From Dehalococcoidia bacterium (GTDB lineage Bacteria > Chloroflexota > Dehalococcoidia > Plut-88900): 64,000 bases of DNA. How positions within the stretch are numbered: the first letter of the stretch is position 1; every line of letters starts with the position of its first letter. Shown here piece by piece: positions 44,485-54,350 of this stretch. Made by a program: the position numbers and the translations under genes. Location of the stretch: the NCBI GenBank assembly GCA_965116945.1, contig OZ220734.1:158980-222979 (forward strand), read 5' to 3'. The notes beneath the pieces were generated by a model. The model searched no databases. It was not told the origin of the DNA and was given only the letters and a program-made list of their open reading frames with translations.

Positions 44485-46112
44485 AAGATAAGCATCCAGT
44501 CTATAGGTTGACGCAGGAGGCGTACGACCAATTGTGGCTTGCGGCTTCGGAATGCCCGGAAGCCTATCTCGATCCTAGAAGGGACTTCGAGGAAGTGCTC
44601 AGAGGTCGCGGAGTGACAGACTACCTTGAGGAAACTAGCCTCTTCTCTAAGGGTCCCATTGAACTAGAACCCGTGGAATCCGGACCCTCAAACAGGGCGG
44701 ACGTGCAGTCGTTGCGATTCCATCGCTCCCTTGAGGGAATGACGCCCCGCCTGGCATTGGACGAGCGCCTTTGGACGTGGATGACCCACTTCCCCTTGCA
44801 TGCCTACAGCATCAAACGATGGTCTAGATCGAAGAACACCAACTTAGTCAATTACGTCAGGGCTCACTGGTTTCACAATGGCTCGGGGGACGCCCTTTGG
44901 CGTCACAATACGGCGTCTCGCACTTGGTGGCTAGGGCACATAGCGACAAAGGCCGCAGAAGGTTCGGCTGGAGCCTTCAAGGCGGGGGACGCCATCAAGG
45001 CTTTTTCCGATACCGCGGTCTTCTATCATCTGCCCATGTATTACAACTTCACCAGAGAGCCCATGGTATTGGGAGAAGTTGTACGGGCCCTACTCAACGA
45101 GGCCGAAGGCATCAAGGCAGAAGAGGGATTGTACGCTCTGCTCAAGGTACTCAACCTCGCAGGTGGGATACAGGTCCTGTCCATGTTGCCGCGCCTAACC
45201 CTTCGAGAGCGCATAGTTGACGAGGTTGAGCGGATCATGTCGAACCCGGACCTAGTCAGAGACCGCACGAAAATTCGCAACAGGAAGGTCTTCAGATCGC
45301 TCAGCTTGGGAGCAGGGGTTCAATCCACGGTTTTGGCCCTCATGGCCGAACGGGGCGAACACGGGCTTCAGAAGCCGGACGTGGCAATATTCGCGGACAC
45401 CGGCTGGGAGCCACCTTCCGTCTACGAGCATCTGGAATGGTTAAAGCAGCAAGTATCCTTCGAGATCGTCACGGTCGGATCGGGAGACATCAAAGATAAC
45501 ATCCTGGCCGGCACCAGCCCGGACGGTAACAACTACCTGGGTATCCCAGCATGGCTTGTCAACCCTGACGGAAGTCCGGCTGTAGCAGCCCGGCAATGCA
45601 CCACGAAGTACAAGATAAAGCCCATCAATCAGTACTTGCGCCACCGTCTCGGATTTACTCCGGGACGCCGTGCTCCGAAGGATGTCGAAGTCGAAATATG
45701 GATGGGAATAAGCGTTGACGAAATCTTTCGAATGAAGGACAGCCGGGAGGAGTGGGCGCGAAACCGCTACCCGCTAATCGAGCTGGGTTTGAGCCGTGCC
45801 CAACTCCAGGATTGGTTTGAGGAAAACTATCCCGGCCGCTACCTGCCAAGGAGCGCATGCATCGGTTGTCCCTACAAAAGCGACGGTGAATGGAAGTGGT
45901 TGAAGAGTAACGATCCCAAGGCATTCGAAGAGGCCATATTCGTTGACAAGGCGCTGCGCGACATACCCGTCGTTCGTAACGCTATTACAAGGAACGGAGC
46001 AACTGCCTATCTGCACAGTTCTCGAAGACCTTTGGGCGAAGTAGACCTAGAGAGCGCAAGGGACTACGACCAAGTCATGGCCGACGAATGCGATGGAGTT
46101 TGCAGGGTTTAA
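44481..46112 (+). CDS. Module A partner 2 fused to a PAPS-reductase-family (PP-loop ATP pyrophosphatase) domain
   Basis: ATGA overlap with the upstream gene. The N-terminal ~260 aa resembles 51828..52832. The C-terminal part carries LSLGAGVQSTVLAL (variant PP-loop), RQCTTKYKIKPI, MGISVDEIFRMKDS and SACIGCPY, as in DndC/phage-type PAPS reductase-like proteins. Confidence 0.7.
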   Translation: MKDKHPVYRLTQEAYDQLWLAASECPEAYLDPRRDFEEVLRGRGVTDYLEETSLFSKGPIELEPVESGPSNRADVQSLRFHRSLEGMTPRLALDERLWTWMTHFPLHAYSIKRWSRSKNTNLVNYVRAHWFHNGSGDALWRHNTASRTWWLGHIATKAAEGSAGAFKAGDAIKAFSDTAVFYHLPMYYNFTREPMVLGEVVRALLNEAEGIKAEEGLYALLKVLNLAGGIQVLSMLPRLTLRERIVDEVERIMSNPDLVRDRTKIRNRKVFRSLSLGAGVQSTVLALMAERGEHGLQKPDVAIFADTGWEPPSVYEHLEWLKQQVSFEIVTVGSGDIKDNILAGTSPDGNNYLGIPAWLVNPDGSPAVAARQCTTKYKIKPINQYLRHRLGFTPGRRAPKDVEVEIWMGISVDEIFRMKDSREEWARNRYPLIELGLSRAQLQDWFEENYPGRYLPRSACIGCPYKSDGEWKWLKSNDPKAFEEAIFVDKALRDIPVVRNAITRNGATAYLHSSRRPLGEVDLESARDYDQVMADECDGVCRV

Positions 46113-46262
46113 GACTATCCGCTATTCCTCCTGGTTGCCACCTCTCCCTGTGACGGACCGAACTGCATTATAGAAGGTTGCAGTACATCAACGGAGCCAT
46201 TTTCATCGAGCTGCAAGCAGATGTGCTATGTATTGGGACCGAATGACTTATGGAGAAACCGA

Positions 46263-48578
46263 ATGGTGAATCAAGTTAGGGATCTGTTCGAAGCGGAGGC
46301 GGGTAGCTTTGGGGACACGATGATGGCTCATAACGGGGTTGTTGGCTACAAAATCCCTGAGTATCAGCGGCAATACAATTGGAAACGGGAACACCTAAGG
46401 AGATTGATTGTTGATTGCCTGAATGGCTTTTATAGGCTATCCACATCGTCTGATCCAGAATACGCTTTTCTAGGTAGCATAATTTTGGCGAAAGAAAGTC
46501 AAAGCGAACCAACATTCGATGGCTCTTCATTGATTGTCGTAGATGGTCAGCAACGACTCACTTCCCTCATTCTTATGGCATGTGCTCTATTTCAGCGAAT
46601 AAGGAAGCATAGGGCCGACATTGTGAAGCTGACTTTAGATACTCAGCATTGGCTGAACGCGGAGATCGACACACAGCTGAGCCAGCTTCATCGATGTGCA
46701 ATTGGCCAGTTGGTGCGACTTGGAAGCACGTATCCATATCCACGTTTAATTCGCTTCAAGGATCATCGAGGTGATTCCGCGGGACAATCGGAGTACCGGT
46801 CCCCCATTGGCCGATTCTTGAGGCAATTTGCGGATCATGCCATCAAACCAAATCCGACGTTTCAACCGAAGTTGGTTGATGAGGACGCGCCAGGTAGCCA
46901 TGTCGTGTCGAGCTTTGAGTACATCTGCAAGGCATTGGACAGATACCTCTATAGCCCCTGTTCACATTCTCCAGATGCTGACCCTGAAGAAGATGTCAAT
47001 GTTGTAGACAGAACTGAGTTTCAGAAGGCAAGCTATCTAAAGCTCTTCCGCCGTCGGGATTATCATCCAAAGCCATCAACAAGAGACCGCTGCGCTTCGG
47101 AACTTGCAAAATCGTCCGAAGCAGCGGGACTCGCACGCTTAGTCCTTTTTTCTTCTTATGTGACTCAGCGGGTAGTGCTGACTCGCGTTGAAGCCCAGAA
47201 TGAAACAGACGCATTTGACATCTTTGACGCTCTAAACACTACCGGTGAACCGCTCACTGCCCTAGAGACATGCAAGCCGCTAGTAATACAGTTCGAGAAC
47301 AAACATGACGGCTATTTGAGGTCTCAATTGCAGGAAGATTGGGAATCAATGGAGTCCAAGCTTGCCGAAACTTACAGGGAGCCTGGTAATCAGCAAATCG
47401 AGACAAAACAAATGCTTACGTCATTTGCCCTATATTTTGATGGACATAAGCTGCCGTTGGATCTCACTAATCAGCGCCGCTATCTACGGGACCGCTTCAG
47501 CAAGGCGCAGGCACAGAGTGCGGAAATAGCGCGAGGGTTTGTGGGTGCTCTGAGGGATTTGGTCGAGTTCCGAATACAATACTGGGACAAAACGGCGATC
47601 GATGGTCTGGGTGTGGGTGCGGTGGGGGCTAAAGAGGCCGATTTATTGAAACTTTGCCTCAGATTTATCGCAGACATGAACACTAGCCTTGCGATTCCAA
47701 TATTGGCGCGGTACTGGTCCGAATATGGTGAAGGGCATTCATTCCTTGCAGCGACGAAAGCCGTAACCGCGTTTCTAGCACTTCGAAGATCCGTCACGGG
47801 AGGCACGGCGAGAATCGACTCCGATTTCCGTCGATTGATGAGTAACCCAACAACCCTTGGCGGCGATCCTCTTTGCTTAGGTTCCAGCTTATCCCACCTG
47901 CCAATGTCGATCGAGATCCTCAGAGGGGAATTGAGAGAGTTTCTAAACGAACCAAGAATAGGTGTGCAAGACAAGGCGACATGGATTGCCAAGGCTAGGG
48001 AGGTAGAGTTCGGCGTACAAGCACCTAGGCCACTGTGCCGTTTTCTATTAATGGCCGCCAATCATAATGCGCGACCAGATGAGTCCCATCCTGGCCTTCT
48101 TACTGACAGTGATGTAATAGAAGGAGACGATCTTGACTTTTTGAATCACCGAAATTGGGTGGGCCCAAAGTACGCAACAGTCGAGCATATTGCCCCGGAC
48201 TCGGATCCAGGCCATGGATGGGAACGCAATATCTACGCGCGGACAGCAACTCGGCAACGGCTTGGCAACTTGCTTTTGTTGCCAGAGAAAGAGAATCAGA
48301 GCATTGGCAACTCGAAATGGCACCGAAAGAAGAAGTTCTATGCCGCGCTGGCAGCCAAGTCGAAGTCAGAGCGCGACGCTCTCATTGGAGACGCTAAGAG
48401 CCAAGGCTATAGATTCGGCAAAAAGACAGAGACTTTGCTTCTCAGTCAGGAACGCTTAGGTATGTTAGATCACCTGGTCGAAGTGAATAACTGGACTGCA
48501 AAACTAATTGAGCTGCGAACCGAGAGCCTCTTAGATCTAGCGTGGGATGAAATATCTCCCTGGCTGTTCGATGACTAG
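46263..48578 (+). CDS. DUF262 (DGQQR, ParB-like) + DUF1524 (HNH-like) protein, GmrSD/SspE-like
   Basis: YKIPEYQRQYNWKREHLRRLI, VVDGQQRLTSL. C-terminal VEHIAPDSD ... GNLLLLPEKENQSIGNSKW. ATG 46263 is preceded by GGAGA. Confidence 0.85.
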   Translation: MVNQVRDLFEAEAGSFGDTMMAHNGVVGYKIPEYQRQYNWKREHLRRLIVDCLNGFYRLSTSSDPEYAFLGSIILAKESQSEPTFDGSSLIVVDGQQRLTSLILMACALFQRIRKHRADIVKLTLDTQHWLNAEIDTQLSQLHRCAIGQLVRLGSTYPYPRLIRFKDHRGDSAGQSEYRSPIGRFLRQFADHAIKPNPTFQPKLVDEDAPGSHVVSSFEYICKALDRYLYSPCSHSPDADPEEDVNVVDRTEFQKASYLKLFRRRDYHPKPSTRDRCASELAKSSEAAGLARLVLFSSYVTQRVVLTRVEAQNETDAFDIFDALNTTGEPLTALETCKPLVIQFENKHDGYLRSQLQEDWESMESKLAETYREPGNQQIETKQMLTSFALYFDGHKLPLDLTNQRRYLRDRFSKAQAQSAEIARGFVGALRDLVEFRIQYWDKTAIDGLGVGAVGAKEADLLKLCLRFIADMNTSLAIPILARYWSEYGEGHSFLAATKAVTAFLALRRSVTGGTARIDSDFRRLMSNPTTLGGDPLCLGSSLSHLPMSIEILRGELREFLNEPRIGVQDKATWIAKAREVEFGVQAPRPLCRFLLMAANHNARPDESHPGLLTDSDVIEGDDLDFLNHRNWVGPKYATVEHIAPDSDPGHGWERNIYARTATRQRLGNLLLLPEKENQSIGNSKWHRKKKFYAALAAKSKSERDALIGDAKSQGYRFGKKTETLLLSQERLGMLDHLVEVNNWTAKLIELRTESLLDLAWDEISPWLFDD

Positions 48579-49107
48579 TTTAACTCTTCGGTTCATCTGC
48601 ATTACTCACCATGATCCCACGTGTGCAGCGTTTGACAGTTCTCATTACCAGCACACCAACAAGGTCACTAGCCTCCTGTCTTCTAGGCAAGTATTGGAAC
48701 CCTGTTGGCCGACAAGAATGTCTGGGCATACGGGTTACTTTAAACCTAAAATAATGGCTGGCCTTCGCACGCATAATTCCGCGCATACCATTAAGATTGC
48801 GGACCTAATCCGCCGATCGATAAGAGTCACATCCCGAATCGATTTAGGAGGTGGATCTCCACAAGTTCTCCAGAGCCCCATTTAGTCAATCTACGTAAGT
48901 CGGTAGACAAACGCATGAGTTCAATGGACAGATTCACCCTCACCCAGTCTTCCATTTATTCCAAGTCATTAACCATGCGTGCGTTCTTTTTCACTATAAC
49001 CCCGGATTGAGCCAATCTTGGATTCATGGAGCGGGAGAACTGCTTACGACTTCCAACTCTCATTTCGGTCATAAAGCCTGATAATTATTTGCGATTGAAT
49101 CATCACT

Positions 49108-51018
49108 GTGCAATCATTGACGACCGTGAGCGCAGAATTAGTATTTCCCGAGTCTTGGCAACTGGATGGGTTCACCACCAACGTCACTAGTCGCCAGGCT
49201 GGCGAGCCTGATCCAGTCGTACGCGAGCTGCTCCAGAATTGTCTTGATGCCGCGGTACGTGAAGCAGATCGGGAATATGCAGAAATCCACTTTACAATTG
49301 CCAGGCGCTCCCTAGAAACGCTACCAGGTCGCGCAGCGTATGTTGAAGCCTTTCAATCAGCGAAGGCAGAGGTGAAATCTCTTCCAACCTACGACGTGAG
49401 GTCAGCTATTCGGCGAATCGAGCAAGTGCTCAAAGGGCAGGAAATGAGCGTTCTCTTCTGCAGAGATAACGGCGTAGGATTGAACCCCACTCGAATGAGT
49501 GCACTGCTGTCCGAGGGCCAAAGTGATAAAGCAAGGCAGGGTGCCGGTTCCTTCGGCTTAGGACACCTCACTGCATACGCTGCATCGGATCTGCGTTATG
49601 TCCTTTATTCCGGAAAGCGAGGGCTAGAAGAAATCGCTAGCGGGCATACGATCTTAGCCTCTCACAAACGAGGGCAAACTCGGTATTCCGCACACGGCTT
49701 TTGGCGTACTCCTACCGACATTTTTAGCCTGGAAGATGGCAACTTCCCCGATATTGTTCCAGGATTAATGCGGGATCAGATTGATCGAATCGACACGTCC
49801 GGTACGGTAGTTGCGATTGCCGGTTTCAACTTTTTCCACGAAGACACTCCCAGTGAGGCCTTGCAAGCAATCTGCCGGGTTGCTGCACTGAACTTCCTGG
49901 GCGCTATCTGGGAAGGGAAAATGAAGGTTCATGTCCACGACGAAGATTCGGGCCGCACTGCAACGGTCGACAAAGGTGCACTCCAAGCACTTCTCTCCTC
50001 TGTCCAGAATCAACAGAGAGCTTCCCATGCAGGGTGGCTTGCCGGGGAGCAAGGCTACCGAGCCTTGCAAACTCTCAACAACGGATATGTCCTTGAGGCA
50101 GAAATCGATCGGTCAATAAAGGTCTACTTTCGTAGCCTTAGTGCTAAACCAAATGAAAGATGCAGAGTTCAGGTGTTCCGAGATGGAATGTGGATTACCA
50201 ATAGAGCTCCGGAGCTGGGCCCAGGAGCCTTTACAGGAGTCCAACCATTCGATGCGGTTGTCCTTCTCAATGATGCTGACCCTGAGGACCACACAGAGTT
50301 TTATGATCTGGTACGAAATTCCGAAGGTCCTGAACACCGAGATCTTACGAAACTGCGGGAGCTTCCTAAAGAGAATCGTATGGAGCTCCGTAATATGTTT
50401 AGGAAGCTTGCCGAGCGCCTACGGGTGGAGGCCGGAGACCTTGACGTCGATGCAGGATTCACGCCTCCGGGCTTCGCCTTGTTTGGCGGTGACATGGAGC
50501 GGGTAGCGGAGCGTGTACGTCGTCCGATACGCCAACCAGACGACGGAAGTCAGGAGAGTGGTAAGCCAGGAGGAGCGGATGTGGAGAAGGGCCCAAGGCC
50601 TGAGCAACCGGGGACGAGATCTCCTCACGAGACCCCGCGGCGTGGCCCATCTAGAGGCCAGGCTCTGAGGGCACGCGCCTCACTTGTTCCCCAAAGTGGT
50701 CCTGACAATCTAGTCCGGCATCTCTCTGCTCAACTTCAAGTCAGAGAGGACCTTGGACCCAATGATCAACTCGTCTTGAGGGTTAGAATTCAGTCCGGAT
50801 CAGATGCTACCTGTGATCAGCCGTTGCCTGATACGTGGTTGGGGTTGTCCCATGTTAAGGTAGGCGACAAATCAATCGAAGCTGATGGGGCGTCGGAAGT
50901 CTATATTCCAAGCGATTGTAGGAGAATGACGATTAGTCTCCAAGAGCCTCTAAAGGACGCGGTTGGTGTTGCCCTAGATGTGATTAGGCGTAGAGCCAAG
51001 CAAACCACAGGGACATAG
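49108..51018 (+). CDS. GHKL (Bergerat-fold) ATPase-like protein, module B
   Basis: N-box ELLQNCLDA, G1 RDNGVGL, G2 GSFGLGH. Same overall layout as 41682..43625. GTG start. Confidence 0.7.
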   Translation: MQSLTTVSAELVFPESWQLDGFTTNVTSRQAGEPDPVVRELLQNCLDAAVREADREYAEIHFTIARRSLETLPGRAAYVEAFQSAKAEVKSLPTYDVRSAIRRIEQVLKGQEMSVLFCRDNGVGLNPTRMSALLSEGQSDKARQGAGSFGLGHLTAYAASDLRYVLYSGKRGLEEIASGHTILASHKRGQTRYSAHGFWRTPTDIFSLEDGNFPDIVPGLMRDQIDRIDTSGTVVAIAGFNFFHEDTPSEALQAICRVAALNFLGAIWEGKMKVHVHDEDSGRTATVDKGALQALLSSVQNQQRASHAGWLAGEQGYRALQTLNNGYVLEAEIDRSIKVYFRSLSAKPNERCRVQVFRDGMWITNRAPELGPGAFTGVQPFDAVVLLNDADPEDHTEFYDLVRNSEGPEHRDLTKLRELPKENRMELRNMFRKLAERLRVEAGDLDVDAGFTPPGFALFGGDMERVAERVRRPIRQPDDGSQESGKPGGADVEKGPRPEQPGTRSPHETPRRGPSRGQALRARASLVPQSGPDNLVRHLSAQLQVREDLGPNDQLVLRVRIQSGSDATCDQPLPDTWLGLSHVKVGDKSIEADGASEVYIPSDCRRMTISLQEPLKDAVGVALDVIRRRAKQTTGT

Positions 51019-51021
51019 AAG

Positions 51022-51831
51022 TTGCCCGAACTTTATCCAATGCTACTTGAAGACAGCTCATCGCTCGATTGGGAGGCGGCTTCATACTCAACAGAGTTGA
51101 TCGTTGGAGACGGTTACGCAACTGTCACGCACATGCTGAAAGATGCACCGCAACTCCAGTCACTTGTTGACCAGGACAAGGCGAGATGGGCGCTTGAATT
51201 GCGCTGTCCGACTACATTGCTGTCACGTTGGGAACTTAGTGAGACCACCGAATGCATGGCGAAGTGGGATCAGACGGAAGTCCAGGGTGAACTCTACTTT
51301 ACGCCGGGCATGATAACAATCAACCCAATTAGCCTAACTAGCGAAGGATTGAGCGATCTATGGACTTTTCCGATTAAGATCCCACGTGGTTGTTGGCTGG
51401 TCCGCGGAGACGTAACCCGCGCCAAGTCATTGGCTGCATCACTCTTGACGTTCCACTCCACATCGCGTCTCAGTGAGGGCGAAATGGAAGTGAGGCCCGA
51501 TATCAGTAGTGGAGACCTACACTTCAAGGTGTATGTGTCGGAGAAACTGTTTCCCCATTGCCCGATTCGGCGCGATCTGCAGATAGCGGCCCTAGTCGCT
51601 GCGTTTGGAAGGATTCCGCATCTGGACAACGAAGGTGACTCGGATGGAGATGACGAAGCTTCCGAATATCGCATCCTGAGCAGTATCAAGGAACGCCTGC
51701 GGGAGTTAAACGTACCAGTTTGGGGAGAAGGGCAGGATGAAAATTTCGATCCCGCACGCGCAGCGACAGCCATTGAACAGTTCTCTATAGATCAGTTGTC
51801 GACAGAACCAGGGGGCGACGACCCAGCATGA
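51022..51831 (+). CDS. Module B partner 1 (269 aa)
   Basis: Starts 3 nt after the upstream stop. Paralogue of 43627..44484. Confidence 0.6.
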   Translation: MPELYPMLLEDSSSLDWEAASYSTELIVGDGYATVTHMLKDAPQLQSLVDQDKARWALELRCPTTLLSRWELSETTECMAKWDQTEVQGELYFTPGMITINPISLTSEGLSDLWTFPIKIPRGCWLVRGDVTRAKSLAASLLTFHSTSRLSEGEMEVRPDISSGDLHFKVYVSEKLFPHCPIRRDLQIAALVAAFGRIPHLDNEGDSDGDDEASEYRILSSIKERLRELNVPVWGEGQDENFDPARAATAIEQFSIDQLSTEPGGDDPA

Positions 51832-52832
51832 ATCAGCTGAAGCCGGAAATCGAACAGAACTTCAGCGATTGGCAACGCAGTCTGGCAACTAGGGGCAGGG
51901 CAATGCCAGATTCTGTCGCCGAATGTCAGAAGAAACTACACAGTGTAGTTTCGGAGGGTCCGCTTAGGTTGGCTGCTTATTTGCGTGTCCAGTTAGGAAT
52001 TGACACCAAAGCATCCATTGAGGCTCCTTCTTTACCGTTACCCATAGGCGCGACTGAATATCGTGACCCTTCGTTCAGATTGGAGAGGACCTTGACCGAC
52101 TTTTGGGACGGCTTGATATGTCGCCGGGAGGCCTCGCGTCCTGTCTATTGGACCCTTGCACATATTCGCTGGCTCGAAGAAGGCCTGCTGGGAGACCAGT
52201 TAGAGGAAACCCTACTACGCGGCGGGGGGCGTGATTCTACGGATGATCAGCGTTCACGTAACCTGTTGAGAAGAATTGGAGGTTTGCCTCACGTGCGTGG
52301 CAAAGTCTCCGTATTGAGCGACTCTCCAATCTCTCGAGCATGGTGGCGGGGAACCGTAGCATCAGAAGTCGCAGAGGCGGCGGGAGATGACCTTGCTCTT
52401 AGTACTGCTGAGATCCATCGGGTACTCCATTCTCACAACGACGCCTGGGCTAGGCTGGTAGGTGACTCTGTCCATCGCATTACAGTGATGAATCAACCCC
52501 GCCTCCGCGCCGCCCTCATCAAACTCTATGAAGGTGCTTCGCGTGAGGGAAAGCCAATGCAACCCTCGGAAATGCAGAGCGTGGCCCGCCTCTTATCTCG
52601 ACACGGCGCCGCGCTTGCACTAAACCATATCGATTGGAATGCGCTTATCGAAATTGCTGGAGAGGCCTTAGAACGCGCCCGGGCGGAGGCAACGCCAGAA
52701 GCACAAAGCAAGGCTGCAGTCCGTGGAGAGAATTTACGCGCTGCTAGCCAAGAGGCTACAACCACGCAACCAAATGGGGCAGAAAGGCGCAAGTCGCGAT
52801 GGGCCTCCCTTTTGCCTTTCTCTAGAAACTAA
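51828..52832 (+). CDS. Module B partner 2 (334 aa), without a PP-loop fusion
   Basis: ATGA overlap. RPVYWTLAH and SRAWWRGTVASEVAE match ERLWTWMTH and SRTWWLGHIATKAAE of 44481..46112. Confidence 0.6.
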   Translation: MNQLKPEIEQNFSDWQRSLATRGRAMPDSVAECQKKLHSVVSEGPLRLAAYLRVQLGIDTKASIEAPSLPLPIGATEYRDPSFRLERTLTDFWDGLICRREASRPVYWTLAHIRWLEEGLLGDQLEETLLRGGGRDSTDDQRSRNLLRRIGGLPHVRGKVSVLSDSPISRAWWRGTVASEVAEAAGDDLALSTAEIHRVLHSHNDAWARLVGDSVHRITVMNQPRLRAALIKLYEGASREGKPMQPSEMQSVARLLSRHGAALALNHIDWNALIEIAGEALERARAEATPEAQSKAAVRGENLRAASQEATTTQPNGAERRKSRWASLLPFSRN

Positions 52833-52856
52833 GCTCTACATTCGCATACAACTGAG

Positions 52857-53762
52857 ATGGCGAAAAGTCTGACTGATACTCTGCTAAAGAGGGTCAAATC
52901 AATTCGCGTTGCTTCGAGGCACGGGCGACGGTCTCCTCACAAGCCACTATTATTGTTATTGTCACTTGGGCGCTATCTAAATGGGGATGAGAGACTTCAG
53001 ACTTATGGCGACATTGAGGGAGTCCTAAACGGGCTGATCCGGCGATTTGGTTTACCCAATAGCAAAGAGAATCCCCAGTATCCGTTTTGGCATCTGCGTA
53101 ACGACGGGCTGTGGGAAATTGACAGACCCGCACTAGTGAGGACAACAACGTCAGGAGATGCTTATGTATCTGACCTGAGAGAACACGGCATTCGCGGCGG
53201 ACTAGCTCATAATGTACTGCGCGTCCTGGAGACTAATCCAATGCTTGCCTGGAATATGGTTCACTTACTCCTTAACGACTTCTTTCCACCGTCGTTACAT
53301 GAGGATGTGCTGATGGATACGGGCTTGGTCGGCAAAATAGGCCTAGGTGATTCGAATGGCAAAACAAAGACAGGCGGGGGACGGGATCGGGGGTTTCGAA
53401 AAATGGTGCTCCAAGCCTATCGGAATAGATGCGCTCTCTGCGGGTTAGATATACGAGTGTACGATCGCCCGATTGGGATTGAGGCTGCCCACATCAAGTG
53501 GCACACTGCGGGAGGACCGGCTGAAGTCGCGAATGGTATGTCTTTGTGCGTTCTGCATCATAAGTTCTTCGATGCGGGATTGTTCACTGTTACCTCCGCC
53601 CTCACCGTGCTAGTCGCAGGATTAGCTGAGGGGGACAGTGTTGTGGAATCGCTAAACAAGTACGACAGGGTAGTTCTTCCGATATACCCAAGACTCCTTG
53701 CCCAGCGACCAGCATCAGAGTATTTGGATTGGCATGCAAGGGCGGTGTTCCAGTCTACATAG
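52857..53762 (+). CDS. SBD-like N-terminal domain + HNH nuclease (ScoMcrA/SprMcrA-type putative phosphorothioate-DNA-dependent endonuclease)
   Basis: SPHKPLLLLLSLG and NPQYPFWHLRNDGLWEI match, as far as I recall it, the sulfur-binding-domain pattern. HNH: RCALCGL ... EAAHIKWH ... NGMSLCVLHHKFFD. Confidence 0.65.
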   Translation: MAKSLTDTLLKRVKSIRVASRHGRRSPHKPLLLLLSLGRYLNGDERLQTYGDIEGVLNGLIRRFGLPNSKENPQYPFWHLRNDGLWEIDRPALVRTTTSGDAYVSDLREHGIRGGLAHNVLRVLETNPMLAWNMVHLLLNDFFPPSLHEDVLMDTGLVGKIGLGDSNGKTKTGGGRDRGFRKMVLQAYRNRCALCGLDIRVYDRPIGIEAAHIKWHTAGGPAEVANGMSLCVLHHKFFDAGLFTVTSALTVLVAGLAEGDSVVESLNKYDRVVLPIYPRLLAQRPASEYLDWHARAVFQST

Positions 53763-54350
53763 CGGACTGAGCGACTACACTGCCTGATAAGGTGTTGCTA
53801 CGCGAACGATCGGCGCAAAGACCATAAGAGCCCAACGCCGGACCAACTCTATGGCATCAAAAAACGCCAAAGGCTGCTTGGCCGGCAATAAAACACTATT
53901 GTATCTTCAGGACCCAGTAAGACTGCCGTCGTTTGACCTTCAGTGACGTTCTGGCGCTATCCCAAGTCATCACGGGTTCCGCCTCCCTACGCATTCAGCG
54001 ACGAGTGTATAGGGCTCGGTATAACGGCTCCATCGTAGTCTTGCCCTACTAGACTAGAAGGGCTCAGATTTGCGAATTCTAAATAATATGCGCGTTGCTT
54101 CGGAAGTCCCGATCATCCGCCCAAAAAAGCCCCTCCAAAGTCCATCAGAGCTCCCTTGAAGATGCCGAACGCCCGAAGGCTGTTTCCGTTCGTAGAATCT
54201 TTCTCGGCTGGCGGGGGTCCAAGGCGATTGCCCCACCAAAGTCCTCAGAAGACCACCCGAGGTACAGGAGCTCTAAATAGGTCCTCCTTTGACGTTGAGG
54301 TATTCGATGTACTTGAGGCCATACGGTGCGGCTAAGAACTTATGCGGGGC

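Noticed and set aside
48547-48885. 112-aa ORF after the module A DUF262-DUF1524 gene
   Set aside because: It overlaps the end of the preceding gene in another frame, has a Cys/His/Ser-rich odd composition and has no RBS. It is more likely intergenic.
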